The notes: generated from the sequence alone by a model not told the origin. Positions 38,481 through 50,189 are shown, counted from the first letter of the stretch. The stretch: 64,000 nucleotides of DNA from Candidatus Peregrinibacteria bacterium (GCA_963708185.1 OY970195.1:480001-544000), one strand, 5' to 3'. Made by a program: numbers and translations.

Positions 38481-39413
38481 TCAGGGCCAGATTCGGATAA
38501 ACGATTTGTGGTCGGCTTTGTATTCCTTGCGGTCTTTTTTGTGATCGTTGATCATCTGGGTGATGACCTCGTCATCGATGATTTTTTTCACTTTCTTTGC
38601 GGAACGTTTCTGAAAACTCTGGGCGTTTTTGTTCAGGGGGTCCACATGCAGAACGGCTTCGCAGGCTTCGAAAGCTTTCTCGTATTTTTTGAGCTGATAG
38701 AGGGTCCGGATGTCTTCGAGCGTTTTGTAGATAAACTCTTTTTTCTCTTCGACTTTGTACTCCTGATAAGCTTTTTTGGTCTGTTCAATCCTTTTTTTCA
38801 ATTTTATGGATTTGGGATCAATCTTGAGGAGCCTCTGATATAGCAGCAGGATGTCTTCGAATTTCTTTTCCGTGAAGAGAATTTTGTTTTGATCAATTTC
38901 GTAATCGATCCATTCGTTGCGGATGGCAGCGAGGAGGTTTTTAAGATCGTTCTTGTGGATGCCCATGACGCGAAGCTTTTCGGCGGTTCGGATGGCTTCG
39001 GGATATTTATGGTCTTTGCGGAGATCCGCAAGGCGGACCGTCTCGGTTTGATAGGTGGTTTCCTGCTCTCCCCTCAGCTGTTGGGTATATTTCTTTTCTG
39101 CTTTGAGGATGAGCTTTTTGATCTGAGGAAAATCTCCGATATATGGTTCGAGCACTCTTAAATTTTTCAGGAGTTCTTCATACTTCTGCTGGGCCCATAA
39201 AGGTTTAAGTTTCTTGATATCATCAGCGATGGCCACTTTGTTGATCTGCTTCACCTTTTTTTCAATCTTGTTTTTATAATGGATGATTTTGAGATTTTCC
39301 GGATCGAACTGGAGCACTTCCAAACAGGCACGATGCGCTTCGAGCCATCGTTCTTCCTTGATGAGCTGTTTGATTTTTCGATAGGCCTCTTCGAGGCTGT
39401 ATGCTCCAGGCAT
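38481..39413 (-). CDS. TPR-like helical repeat protein
   Basis: Repeated units such as RWLEAHRACLEVLQFDPEN, KFEDILLLYQRLLKIDPKS, KYEKAFEACEAVLHVDPLN. Confidence 0.65.
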   Translation of the reverse strand: MPGAYSLEEAYRKIKQLIKEERWLEAHRACLEVLQFDPENLKIIHYKNKIEKKVKQINKVAIADDIKKLKPLWAQQKYEELLKNLRVLEPYIGDFPQIKKLILKAEKKYTQQLRGEQETTYQTETVRLADLRKDHKYPEAIRTAEKLRVMGIHKNDLKNLLAAIRNEWIDYEIDQNKILFTEKKFEDILLLYQRLLKIDPKSIKLKKRIEQTKKAYQEYKVEEKKEFIYKTLEDIRTLYQLKKYEKAFEACEAVLHVDPLNKNAQSFQKRSAKKVKKIIDDEVITQMINDHKKDRKEYKADHKSFIRIWP

Positions 39414-39457
39414 AAATGAAAATCTTAGTTATTGTATTATTATACAATATTTTCCGG

Positions 39458-42130
39458 TTATTTCAAAGACTCGAGCTCAGCAAGTTTTTCCTCCAAAGAC
39501 CTGAGTTCTTTTTCGAGCTCTTCAAAAAGCTGCTTTTCTTTAGCTACGACCGCTTCCGGGGCGTTCTTGAGAAATCCTGGGTTGGATATCCTTCCCTTGA
39601 TCCCCTTCATTTTCATGGAAATTTCATCGAGTTTCTTTTTCAGACGATCTTTTTCCCTGGCGATGTCAAAAAGATCCTGAGCCGGGAGATAGATGTCCAT
39701 ACCGTTGACGTATTTCCAGATGGCGCCCTTTATTTTCTTTCCTTTCATCTCAAGCTTCAAGTCCTGAAGGCGGGCCATGCGGATGATGGGGTCTCGCTTT
39801 GCTTCAAGAACCTTCATCCATTTTCCTCCGTACACCACGGCGTTGATCCTTCTTGCGGGCTCAACGCCTTTTTCGGCACGAATGCTGCGAACTGCGCTGA
39901 TAAGTTCCATAACGGCCTCGAACTCTTTTTCTTCTTTGGAGAAAATCAGTTTTTTATCCGATCCCGGCCAGGATTCCCCGATCAGCTGATGTTTCTGTTC
40001 CAGATGGCTCCAAAGTGTCTCAGTGACAAACGGGACGAAAGGATGGAGCAGTTTCAGCAACGTTTTGAGGACATAGAGAAGAACCGGTGGGTTCATGTGT
40101 TCGCTCTTGGACATTTCGATGTACCAGTCACAATAAAAACTCCAGGTAAAGTTGTAAATTCTCGTGCCGGCTTCGGAAAAACGGAAATTTTCCATATCGT
40201 CGTTGACCTCTTTGATGAGTTTCTGAAGGCGGGACACGATCCATTTGTCGGCCTGGGATTTGATGCTTTTTGCAGAGAATTTTTTGTGGTATTCGCTTTC
40301 AGGGATATTCATGAGCGCAAAACGGCAGCCGTTCCAGATCTTGTTCACGAAGTTGCGGTACCCGGCGATTTTTTCCTCGTAGAGACGAAAATCCGTGCCG
40401 GGAGCCGTGCCGATAACGAGACTCAATCTTACCGCGTCGGTGCCGAACTTCCGGATCATGTCCAGGGGGTCGATACCGTTGCCGGCGGATTTACTCATTT
40501 TTTTGCCGTGCCGGTCGCGAACGAGTCCGTGAAGATAGACTTTCTTGAAAGGAATGTCATGAAGGGCGTAGTTGGTCATGAGGATCATGCGAGCTACCCA
40601 GAAAAAAAGGATGTCGTGGCCTGTTTCCAGCACAGAGGTCGGGTGGAAATATTCAAGATCTTTGGTCTTTTTCGGCCATCCCAGCGTTGAAAACGTCCAG
40701 AGTCCGGACGAAAACCAGGTGTCGAGCGTATCGGGATCCTGTTTGATTTTGTTCGATCCGCAGTGCGGGCATTTTTTGGGAGTTTCTCTTTGAACGATGG
40801 GCTGTTTGCACTCAGGCTTGCATCGTTCATCTCCCTGGCAGTACCAGACGGGAATCTGATGTCCCCACCATAACTGACGGGAAATACACCAATCGCGGAG
40901 GTTGTTGAGCCAGTTGAAGTAAATCTTGTTAAAACGGTCGGGTATAATTTCTATTTTTCCGTTCCGGACGACTTCGATGGCCTTTTGCTTTAACGATTTT
41001 TTCTTGGAACCTTCCTTGATGACCGGTTTGCTGACGTTGACGAACCACTGCTCGGAGACGAGCGGTTCGATGGGCGTCCCGCAGCGGTAACAGACGGAAA
41101 GGTTGTGGACGTAGTTGTCGTCGACGTGATCAAGAAGGTCCTTGTCTTCCAGGATCCTGACGATCTCTTCGCGCGAGGCCCGGGCATTTTTCCCGGCGAA
41201 TTTCTTGCCGACGGCGGCGGTGAAGTTACCGTCTGGTCCGATGATCTGCACGATGTCGAGCTTGTGCTTTTGGGCGAGGTCGAAATCGATGAAATCGTGG
41301 GCAGGGGTCAGTGTCATGGCACCCGTTCCGAATTCAGGATCGACGTTCTTGTCGGCGATGAAGACCGCATCGACATTACCGTTGATCCAGGGAACGCTGA
41401 GTTTTTTTCCGATATATTTCTTGTAGCGCTTATCGTCGGGGTGAACGGCGATGACTTTGTCGAGAAACTTGGTTTCCGGGCGGGCCGTGCCAATGACGAC
41501 CGGTCCGTAGCGGAAATAATAGAATGTAGTTTTCTCCTCTTTGAATTCCACTTCGTCGTCGGCGAGCGTCGAGCTGCAGCGTGTGCACCAGTTGACGATT
41601 CTTTTCCCGCGGTAAATCAACCCGTCTTCAAACATCCTGACAAAAATTTCACGGACAGCTTCGGAAAGACCTTCGTCCAGGGTGTAACGTTCTCGGGTCC
41701 AGTCACAACTGGCTCCCATTTTACGAATCTGGTTGCGGATGGTGGACTGGGACTCTTTGACGAACTGATGGACTCTTTCAATGAAGCGTTCGCGTCCCAT
41801 GGTGTGGCGGGTCTCCCCTTCTTCGGCGATGAGCTTCTCCACTTTATTCTGCGTCGCTATGCCGGCGTGATCCGTTCCGGGAAGCCATAAGGTGGGTGTT
41901 CCCTGCATGCGGTTGTAACGGACCATGATATCTTCGATTGCAAGCATGGTGGCGTGACCAAGATGGAGCGTTCCAGTGGCGTTCGGCGGCGGCATCGAGA
42001 TCACGAAAGGTTTTATGGCGGATCTGCCGCCTTTCGGAATTTTAGGAGTAAAAAGACCTGATGATTCCCAGGTTTTATAGATGCGGTCTTCGTAATTCTT
42101 GGCCTCGTAAGCTTTTTCGATTTCTTTCAT
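39458..42130 (-). CDS. valS: Valine--tRNA ligase
   Basis: PPPNATGTLHLGHA, DWCISRQLWWGH, DTWFSS, KMSKS, C-terminal coiled coil; ATG at 42130. Confidence 0.98.
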   Translation of the reverse strand: MKEIEKAYEAKNYEDRIYKTWESSGLFTPKIPKGGRSAIKPFVISMPPPNATGTLHLGHATMLAIEDIMVRYNRMQGTPTLWLPGTDHAGIATQNKVEKLIAEEGETRHTMGRERFIERVHQFVKESQSTIRNQIRKMGASCDWTRERYTLDEGLSEAVREIFVRMFEDGLIYRGKRIVNWCTRCSSTLADDEVEFKEEKTTFYYFRYGPVVIGTARPETKFLDKVIAVHPDDKRYKKYIGKKLSVPWINGNVDAVFIADKNVDPEFGTGAMTLTPAHDFIDFDLAQKHKLDIVQIIGPDGNFTAAVGKKFAGKNARASREEIVRILEDKDLLDHVDDNYVHNLSVCYRCGTPIEPLVSEQWFVNVSKPVIKEGSKKKSLKQKAIEVVRNGKIEIIPDRFNKIYFNWLNNLRDWCISRQLWWGHQIPVWYCQGDERCKPECKQPIVQRETPKKCPHCGSNKIKQDPDTLDTWFSSGLWTFSTLGWPKKTKDLEYFHPTSVLETGHDILFFWVARMILMTNYALHDIPFKKVYLHGLVRDRHGKKMSKSAGNGIDPLDMIRKFGTDAVRLSLVIGTAPGTDFRLYEEKIAGYRNFVNKIWNGCRFALMNIPESEYHKKFSAKSIKSQADKWIVSRLQKLIKEVNDDMENFRFSEAGTRIYNFTWSFYCDWYIEMSKSEHMNPPVLLYVLKTLLKLLHPFVPFVTETLWSHLEQKHQLIGESWPGSDKKLIFSKEEKEFEAVMELISAVRSIRAEKGVEPARRINAVVYGGKWMKVLEAKRDPIIRMARLQDLKLEMKGKKIKGAIWKYVNGMDIYLPAQDLFDIAREKDRLKKKLDEISMKMKGIKGRISNPGFLKNAPEAVVAKEKQLFEELEKELRSLEEKLAELESLK

Positions 42131-42205
42131 AATTCCTTGAAAAATGAACATCATGTTTATACCATAAATCCGGCGTGCGGGATAATCTTTCCTGAATTGA
42201 CCACG

Positions 42206-42234
42206 TTGACCGAACCTCGATATTTTGCTATAAT
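42206..42234 (+). promoter_or_regulatory. Sigma70-type promoter
   Basis: TTGACC-N17-TATAAT with extended -10 TG. Confidence 0.65.
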
Positions 42235-42279
42235 TAAACAAAATTTCAGGTTTTAGGGACTGAGAATTTTTGGCGACCT

Positions 42280-42756
42280 ATGGACAATCCAAATACCATC
42301 GAAAGACCCGGAGGTGGATCCCCCGAAAGGGAAAAACCGGAAAAAAAGCGAGAGGAGTCCCGCGAGGTTCGTGAAACCTCGAAAGAGTTCGTTGAAGGCG
42401 TGTCCGAGGTTGTTGAAAGCGTTGAAACCGGTGAAGTTTCTGAAAAGACCGGGGAGGACAAGAAAAAAGGTCCTCAGGGGAAATTCCCTTCAGGCGGCGG
42501 GGCGGCGCAGACAAAAGTTCAGCTCCAGCCTCTGAGTTTACCCCGCATAGAGGTCATGCAGATTCAGATCGCAACGGCCATCAAAAAAGAGATCGCCGTT
42601 CTGGAAAAGGAAGCTGTCCGGGTGAGTGATAAGCCTTTTGCCTTAAGTGAGGTCGTCGGGAAAATCCGTGATTTGAGAAACATACTTTCCAATCTTACGC
42701 ATTTAACGTTCGAAGCCCTCAAGGGACTCTGGATGAAGTTCGTGAAAAAGGGTTAA
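42280..42756 (+). CDS. Hypothetical protein with a charged, disordered N-terminus
   Basis: 158-aa ORF downstream of a consensus promoter, upstream of nadC. Confidence 0.7.
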   Translation: MDNPNTIERPGGGSPEREKPEKKREESREVRETSKEFVEGVSEVVESVETGEVSEKTGEDKKKGPQGKFPSGGGAAQTKVQLQPLSLPRIEVMQIQIATAIKKEIAVLEKEAVRVSDKPFALSEVVGKIRDLRNILSNLTHLTFEALKGLWMKFVKKG

Positions 42757-42770
42757 TTGATCAGCAACCC

Positions 42771-43760
42771 ATGACGAAACACCTGCAAAGCAAACGGTTG
42801 GATGCGGTTTCTAAAACTCACGCCTACGAAAAGGGATTCAGCGAGGGATCGAGAGAGTATGGACGAGCTATCGCCGATCATCTGGCGGAGCCATTTTTAA
42901 TGGACTCGCGAGGAGGTGACATCACCACGGAAGCTGTGATCCCAGTTTCGACAAAAGTCCGCGCTTCCCTTTTAGCCAAGCAAGAGGGAATTTTTGCCGG
43001 AATGAGCGACGTTGAGTTTTTTTTCAAGAAACCGTGGACACTTTCCGGCGGTGAAACGATCGACCTCACCGACGTAGAAGTTCTGCATATCACGAATGAT
43101 GGTGCCCATGTTACCGCGGGGATGGCACTGGCAGTCTTGAAAGGCCCGATCAACGAACTGCTCGCAATAGAAAGAACGGTGTTGAATTTTCTGCAACGCA
43201 TGAGCGGTGTCGCGACGATGGCTCGTCAATATGCCGATGCCTGTGCCGGGTTTGATGTACTGGTTTGTTCAACGAGGAAAACACCGTTCGGACTGCTTGA
43301 TAAGAAAGCCTGTCTTATTGGCGGAGCCGGAACGCATCGTCTCGGCCTCGGTGATGCCGTCCTCGTCAAAGATACCCATCTTGCTTTGATCCATCATGAT
43401 TTCGGTGAGCTTGGCAAAAGACTGCTCGCGGCAAAAAAGCTTGGGAGATTCGTGGAAGTGGAAGTTGAGTCCGTGGAGGATGCCTGGAAAGCCGCGGCCG
43501 TCCTTGACGGCGTTCACCGGCAAAGGAAGGTCCCGTGTTTTATCATGCTCGACAACATGCATCCCAAAAAGATCGGGGAGTTCATGAATTCGTTCAAGGA
43601 TTCTCCGCTCTTTGAACATATTTTTGTTGAGGCTTCAGGAGGTATCACCCTGAAAAATATCCGCGAGTTCGCGGAGGCGGGTGTTGACGTGATTTCGGTC
43701 GGTGCGATGACTCATTCGGCGCCGGCCCTCGATATTTCGCTGAAGATATCTTCGATTTAG
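42771..43760 (+). CDS. nadC: Quinolinate phosphoribosyltransferase
   Basis: DITT, ERTVLNFLQRMSGVAT, STRKT, HRLGL, KDTH, EVE, MLDNM, EASGGI. Confidence 0.92.
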   Translation: MTKHLQSKRLDAVSKTHAYEKGFSEGSREYGRAIADHLAEPFLMDSRGGDITTEAVIPVSTKVRASLLAKQEGIFAGMSDVEFFFKKPWTLSGGETIDLTDVEVLHITNDGAHVTAGMALAVLKGPINELLAIERTVLNFLQRMSGVATMARQYADACAGFDVLVCSTRKTPFGLLDKKACLIGGAGTHRLGLGDAVLVKDTHLALIHHDFGELGKRLLAAKKLGRFVEVEVESVEDAWKAAAVLDGVHRQRKVPCFIMLDNMHPKKIGEFMNSFKDSPLFEHIFVEASGGITLKNIREFAEAGVDVISVGAMTHSAPALDISLKISSI

Positions 43761-44077
43761 GCGGGTGCGCTCATGAGGTGCAGGTGGACGTGGAACACTT
43801 CCTGGCCGGCGCCTTTCCCGGTACTGATGAGCAGACGATAGTCGTTCATGCCATGCTTTTTGGCCAGTTCACTCGCGACCATGAGCATGCGCCCAAGGGT
43901 CGGTTCATCCTCGGCGGTGACGTCCTTCATTGTCCCGATGTGTTTTTTGGGAATGATGAGGATATGTTTTTTTGCGCGAGGATTGATGTCGTGGAACGCC
44001 ACGCAAAGGTCGTCCTCGTGTTCAAGCTTCGAAGGAATTTCTTTGGCGATGATTTTACAGAAAACACAGTCGTTCAT
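43757..44077 (-). CDS. HIT family nucleotide-binding protein
   Basis: DCVFCKI, AFHDINP, GQEVFHVHLH. Confidence 0.93.
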   Translation of the reverse strand: MNDCVFCKIIAKEIPSKLEHEDDLCVAFHDINPRAKKHILIIPKKHIGTMKDVTAEDEPTLGRMLMVASELAKKHGMNDYRLLISTGKGAGQEVFHVHLHLMSAPA

Positions 44078-44147
44078 GATGGTGGAGTTACGAAAAAAGT
44101 CTCCCCTAGATTACTGGAAGGCTTTTGGAAATTCAATTGGAGTCTGT

Positions 44148-45263
<1,116 letters not shown>

Positions 45264-45543
45264 AACAAGCGGCGTAAAGTGATTTTTTGCTCGTGGCTAC
45301 TGAGAGATTAGGCTTAAATAATTTGAGTGTCAAGAAAGAAATTTGATATCCGCGCAACCTTGTATCACATATATAAAGGGATGAATTTTGCTCCAATATT
45401 CCTATTTTGTCAACGTTATTTTTTAAAAGCAATGTAATAAAAGCGTTTTTTGTGTTTGCTATGGCCTTTTCCTATATATTTGTTAAAATTGTTCAGTGTG
45501 GGTTTTAAGAGCTTTTCAAGCTATTAAGGCCTCCAAAACACTT

Positions 45544-45628
45544 GCCGGGGTGGTGAAATGGCAGACACGCTAGCCTTAGGAGCTAGTGCCCACAAGGCGT
45601 GGAGGTTCAAGTCCTCTCCCCGGCACCA
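45544..45628 (+). tRNA. tRNA-Leu (TAG)
   Basis: Cloverleaf with long variable arm, CTAGC-CTTAGGA-GCTAG anticodon arm, CCA. Confidence 0.95.
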
Positions 45629-45642
45629 TTTTCAACCAACCT

Positions 45643-46539
45643 ATGTGGGTTTTCATCGCTTTTGGATCGTCCTTCTTCTACGGCGCGGCCAATGTTCTGG
45701 ATAACTTTCTTACGAATCGACTCTTCAAAAGTATCTGGACGCTGGTTTTTTGGGGACTTTGCATCGACATTCTGTTCCTACCCGTCATATGGTATTTCGC
45801 TCCGCCGGCCCTCCCGCCCGTGAACATGCTTCCTTTTATCATTCTCACGGGGTTTTTGGAGATTGCCTATCTTTTTCCTTACTACAAGGCACTGCAAAAA
45901 GACGACACTTCCGTTGTTTCGTCGCTTTTTTCACTCGGAAGGATATTTATTCCAGCTTTTGCCTTTCTGATCGTCGGCGAAGTTTTGAAGCCCGAGCAGT
46001 ATTTCGGATTTTTTCTCATCATTGTCTGCAGCAGCCTGCTCACGCTCCAGGACATCAAAAAATTCAAATTCAACGCCTCATTTTTTTACATGCTGCTTGT
46101 TGCGATCGTCCTGGCGTTGGATACGGTCATCTATAAATACATTTTGAATGCGGTTCCCTGGAGTACCGCTTTCACGTTCGTCCTTGTATCCTCCTGGGGA
46201 TTCTCCCTGTGCTTTCTGCTCCATCAGAAAGCAAGGAAAGATATCGTGATCCAACTCAAAGAACACCGGGCTTCTTTCAAGTTCTTAACGCTTGAGGAAA
46301 TCATGGCTTTTACCGGAAACACAGCCGGAACCTTCGTCCTTTCGCTCGTTCCCGTGACGCTGGCAAGAGGGCTTATGGCCTTCACGCCGTTCATTGTTCT
46401 TTTTTACGGTGTGGTTCTGAACAGATTTTTCCCAAAACTGTTCCATGAAAACGTCGAAAGAAAAAATATTATGAAGAAAATTCTGCTCTTCCTGATTACC
46501 CTCGTCGGAGTCTATCTGATCGCCCGTGCGGAGGTGTAA
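45643..46539 (+). CDS. EamA/DMT family transporter
   Basis: About 10 TMs, YYKAL...SVVSSL, IVGEVL; ATG 14 nt after the tRNA. Confidence 0.85.
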   Translation: MWVFIAFGSSFFYGAANVLDNFLTNRLFKSIWTLVFWGLCIDILFLPVIWYFAPPALPPVNMLPFIILTGFLEIAYLFPYYKALQKDDTSVVSSLFSLGRIFIPAFAFLIVGEVLKPEQYFGFFLIIVCSSLLTLQDIKKFKFNASFFYMLLVAIVLALDTVIYKYILNAVPWSTAFTFVLVSSWGFSLCFLLHQKARKDIVIQLKEHRASFKFLTLEEIMAFTGNTAGTFVLSLVPVTLARGLMAFTPFIVLFYGVVLNRFFPKLFHENVERKNIMKKILLFLITLVGVYLIARAEV

Positions 46540-46602
46540 AATTCTTGGTGTTCGCAAAAAACTCCAGTATAGTTACGAAGCCTGAATTTTTCGTTTGTAG
46601 AA

Positions 46603-49600
46603 ATGTCTTTCGTTCACTTACACGTCCATTCCCATTACAGCCTTCTTGACGGTTTCGGGACCCCCAAATCCATCGTGCAGCGGGCCAAGGAGCTCGGCAT
46701 GCCTGCGGTCGCCATGACCGATCACGGGGTGCTCTACGGAGCCATTGAGTTTTATAAAGCTGCCCGTGCAGAAGGTATTCAACCGATCATCGGGTGTGAA
46801 GTTTACGTCGCGCCCGGCTCAAGGTTCGATAAAACCCCTGGAACCGAAAACAAACCCTATCATCTGGTGCTGCTCGCGACGTCCACCGAAGGGTACCTCA
46901 ACTTGATGAATCTGGTGAGCAAGGCGCACATCGAAGGATTCTATTACAAACCGCGCATGGATCACGGGTTGATGAAAGCCCACAGCAAAGGCATCATCGC
47001 GTTGAGTTCCTGTCTGGCCGGAGAAGTGGCCCAGGCCGTCGCCAACGGCGATGAAAAAAAACAACTCGAGGTCATTGCCCGTTATCAGGATATTTTCGGC
47101 AAGGAAAATTTTTATCTTGAACTTCAGGATCATCCGTTCATCGATGAACAGAAAGTTTTGAACGATCGTCTCATCGAACTTTCAAAGATCACCGGGGCGC
47201 CGCTCGTCGCCACCCAGGATTCGCATTACGTCCGCCCGTCCGACAGCACGTCCCAGGACATTCTTCTTTGTATCCAGACCCAATCGACGCTCCAGGAAGA
47301 AGGACGCATGAAGTTCCAGGGTGATTTTTCACTCCGCACCGAAGAGGAGATGCGCGAAAGTTTCAAGCATGTTCCCGATGCCATCGAAAACTCAGTAAAA
47401 ATCGCCGAGCGCTGCAAGGTGGAGATCGAATTCGGGGAGAACCTTATCCCGGTTTTTAAAACGCCCGGCAATGAAACCCCCCAAACGTATCTGCGTAAGT
47501 TATGCGAGGAAGGATTGAAGAAAAAATACGGCGACCCTCCTCCTGAACATGCCGCCAAACAGCTGGATTATGAACTTGGCATCGTCCACAAGATGGGCTT
47601 CGACGATTACTTTCTCATCGTGTGGGATTTTGTTCGTTACGCCAAGGACGCAGGGATCACCGTCGGACCAGGACGCGGTTCCGCCGCCGGGTCGCTCATT
47701 ACCTACACCCTCAACATCACCCAGCTCGATCCGCTCCGTTACGGTCTGATCTTTGAACGCTTTCTGAATCCGGAACGTATCAGCATGCCGGATATAGATA
47801 TTGATTTCGCGGACACGCGCCGCAACGAAGTGCTCAATTACGTGGCGGAAAAGTACGGACGGGAATGCGTGGCACAGATCATCACCTTCGGGACGATGGC
47901 GGCGCGTGCGGCAGTCCGAGACGTTGGAAGAGCCATGGCCTATCCTTATGCAGAAGTCGATAAAATCGCCAAACTTGTTCCCCCTCCTTTTCAGGGAAGG
48001 CACGTCCCGCTGGAAAAATCCATCGAGGACGATCCGGAACTGCACAACCTTTACAAAACCGATCCCCGAGCGAAAGCTCTCCTCGATAACGCGGTCAAGC
48101 TCGAAGGCTCGGTCCGGCATGCGGGGACGCACGCTTCCGCGGTGGTGATGTCGGAAAAACCTTTGGTAAACTATACTCCCCTGCAGCGTTCCACCGGAGG
48201 CGGCGAAGAAATCATCACACAGTATTCGATGAAACCGCTGGAGGAGATCGGCCTCTTGAAGATGGACTTTCTCGGACTGAAGAACCTGACGATCATCCAG
48301 GGGATTCTTCATCTTTTGAAGTCTCTTCACAACATCGATCTTCAGCTGGAGACCATCCCCATGAACGACGCCCAGACCTTCGAACTTCTGCAAAAAGGCG
48401 ACACCACCGGCGTGTTCCAGCTTGAATCCGCAGGTATGCGCCGCTATATCCGTGAACTGAAACCAACAAGCTTCGAAGACATCATCGCCATGATTTCGTT
48501 GTACCGGCCCGGGCCGATGGAATGGATTCCCCAGTACATTAAAGGGAAACATCATCCGGAAACGATCCGCTACCTGCATCCTTCATTTGAAAATATTCTC
48601 AAGGAGACCAACGGCGTCGCCATTTACCAGGAGCAGATTTTGCAGCTTGCCCGTGATTTTGCGGGATTCAGCCTCGGAGAGGCGGACTTGCTGCGCAAGG
48701 CGGTGGGTAAAAAGATTCCTGCCCTGCTCAACGAACAAAAAGAAAAACTTATCAAGGGAGCCGTTGCGAAAGGCCACGACAAGAAATTTGCTGAAGAGGT
48801 TTTCGAAAAAGTCATTGAACCTTTTGCGGGTTATGGCTTCAACAAGGCTCATGCAGCCTGCTACGCCATGATTTCCTATCAGACGGCGTACCTCAAGGCG
48901 CACTATCCAACGGAGTTCATGGCAGCCCTTCTTTCCGCCGACGCGGACAACACCGACCGCATCATTCTCGAGATCAACGAATGTAACGAAATGGGCATTG
49001 CTGTCCTCTCACCGTCCATCAGCGAATCGTTTCTCAATTTTACCGTCGTCGACAGCAAAACGATCCGTTTCGGTCTCGCCGCCATCAAGGGTCTTGGGGC
49101 CGGTACCGTCGAAGAGATTCTTCAGGCCCGCAAACAGGGCAAATTCGTTTCACTCGAAGATTTCCTGAAGCGCGTCCCGAGCAGACTTCTCAACAAGAAA
49201 ACCATCGAAGCCCTCGCTTATTCCGGTGCGCTCGATGAGTTCGGCGACCGCAAGGTCCTGGCGTTGAGCTATGACGAACTTTCAAAATTCTCCAAGTATT
49301 CCCAGGAGGTCAATGCCCAGGGGCAGACGGATATTTTCGGCATGATGTCGGAGCCCGGGGAAAGCGGAGCTTTTTCCATCGAAATCAAAAAAGATATCCC
49401 CCCCGCCACCTTCATGGAGAAACTGACCTGGGAAAAAGAGTATCTCGGACTCTACGTTTCAGGTCATCCGCTGAAAGGCCTGCGCAAATACATGGCAAAA
49501 AAAGTCCAGCTTGTTGATAAGTTGACGAAAAGGAACGTCGGAAGAACAGTGAAGCTCGGCGGCTTGTTGACGCAGATCAAACGCGTCTTCACCAAATCCG

Positions 49601-50184
49601 GCAGCTATATGGCGTACGCGACGCTTGAGGACCCCACAGGACGCATCGACGTGGTGATTTTTCCGAAAGTTTACGCCCAGTTCCAGAATATTCTCAAAGA
49701 CGACCACCTGTTCATGATGGAGGGGAGACTCGATCTGCGCCGCGACGCCTTCCAGTTTTCCGTCAACACCCTGACGCCGGTTTCACTCGACAGCATGATC
49801 AAAAACGCCAAAGCGGAAGGGCTGTACGACGAAAAAGAAAAAGTGGTCCGCAAGCAGAAAATTCTGGAAGCTGCCGCGCAGCACGACCCTTTGGAAGAAG
49901 AGGGTGACTTCGGCGCTCCGCCTGCGAAACTTTCCTCACAGGGTGTGAACGAAGGCTGGCAGGAAGATCCTTTTATCATCGAGATCCCCGCTAATTTCGA
50001 CATGAATTCCATGCAGCGTATCAAACAGCTTCTCACCGAAAATCCCGGCCAGAGACGGGTTGAGCTTCACATCCATTCCCCCTCCGGGATTCAAAAAATT
50101 AAACTTCCTTTTGACATCAACGTATCGGAAGAATTGAAGACCCGGCTGAAGGACATGCTGCCGAGTTCTCACCATTCGGGCTGA
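46603..50184 (+). CDS. dnaE: DNA polymerase III alpha subunit
   Basis: HLHVHSHYSLLDG, GRGSAAGS, MPDIDIDF, KMDFLGL, GFNKAH, OB fold. Confidence 0.98.
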   Translation: MSFVHLHVHSHYSLLDGFGTPKSIVQRAKELGMPAVAMTDHGVLYGAIEFYKAARAEGIQPIIGCEVYVAPGSRFDKTPGTENKPYHLVLLATSTEGYLNLMNLVSKAHIEGFYYKPRMDHGLMKAHSKGIIALSSCLAGEVAQAVANGDEKKQLEVIARYQDIFGKENFYLELQDHPFIDEQKVLNDRLIELSKITGAPLVATQDSHYVRPSDSTSQDILLCIQTQSTLQEEGRMKFQGDFSLRTEEEMRESFKHVPDAIENSVKIAERCKVEIEFGENLIPVFKTPGNETPQTYLRKLCEEGLKKKYGDPPPEHAAKQLDYELGIVHKMGFDDYFLIVWDFVRYAKDAGITVGPGRGSAAGSLITYTLNITQLDPLRYGLIFERFLNPERISMPDIDIDFADTRRNEVLNYVAEKYGRECVAQIITFGTMAARAAVRDVGRAMAYPYAEVDKIAKLVPPPFQGRHVPLEKSIEDDPELHNLYKTDPRAKALLDNAVKLEGSVRHAGTHASAVVMSEKPLVNYTPLQRSTGGGEEIITQYSMKPLEEIGLLKMDFLGLKNLTIIQGILHLLKSLHNIDLQLETIPMNDAQTFELLQKGDTTGVFQLESAGMRRYIRELKPTSFEDIIAMISLYRPGPMEWIPQYIKGKHHPETIRYLHPSFENILKETNGVAIYQEQILQLARDFAGFSLGEADLLRKAVGKKIPALLNEQKEKLIKGAVAKGHDKKFAEEVFEKVIEPFAGYGFNKAHAACYAMISYQTAYLKAHYPTEFMAALLSADADNTDRIILEINECNEMGIAVLSPSISESFLNFTVVDSKTIRFGLAAIKGLGAGTVEEILQARKQGKFVSLEDFLKRVPSRLLNKKTIEALAYSGALDEFGDRKVLALSYDELSKFSKYSQEVNAQGQTDIFGMMSEPGESGAFSIEIKKDIPPATFMEKLTWEKEYLGLYVSGHPLKGLRKYMAKKVQLVDKLTKRNVGRTVKLGGLLTQIKRVFTKSGSYMAYATLEDPTGRIDVVIFPKVYAQFQNILKDDHLFMMEGRLDLRRDAFQFSVNTLTPVSLDSMIKNAKAEGLYDEKEKVVRKQKILEAAAQHDPLEEEGDFGAPPAKLSSQGVNEGWQEDPFIIEIPANFDMNSMQRIKQLLTENPGQRRVELHIHSPSGIQKIKLPFDINVSEELKTRLKDMLPSSHHSG

Positions 50185-50189
50185 AAATT

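Noticed and set aside
39416-40690. 424-aa plus-strand ORF
   Set aside because: Antisense shadow of valS with no motifs of its own.
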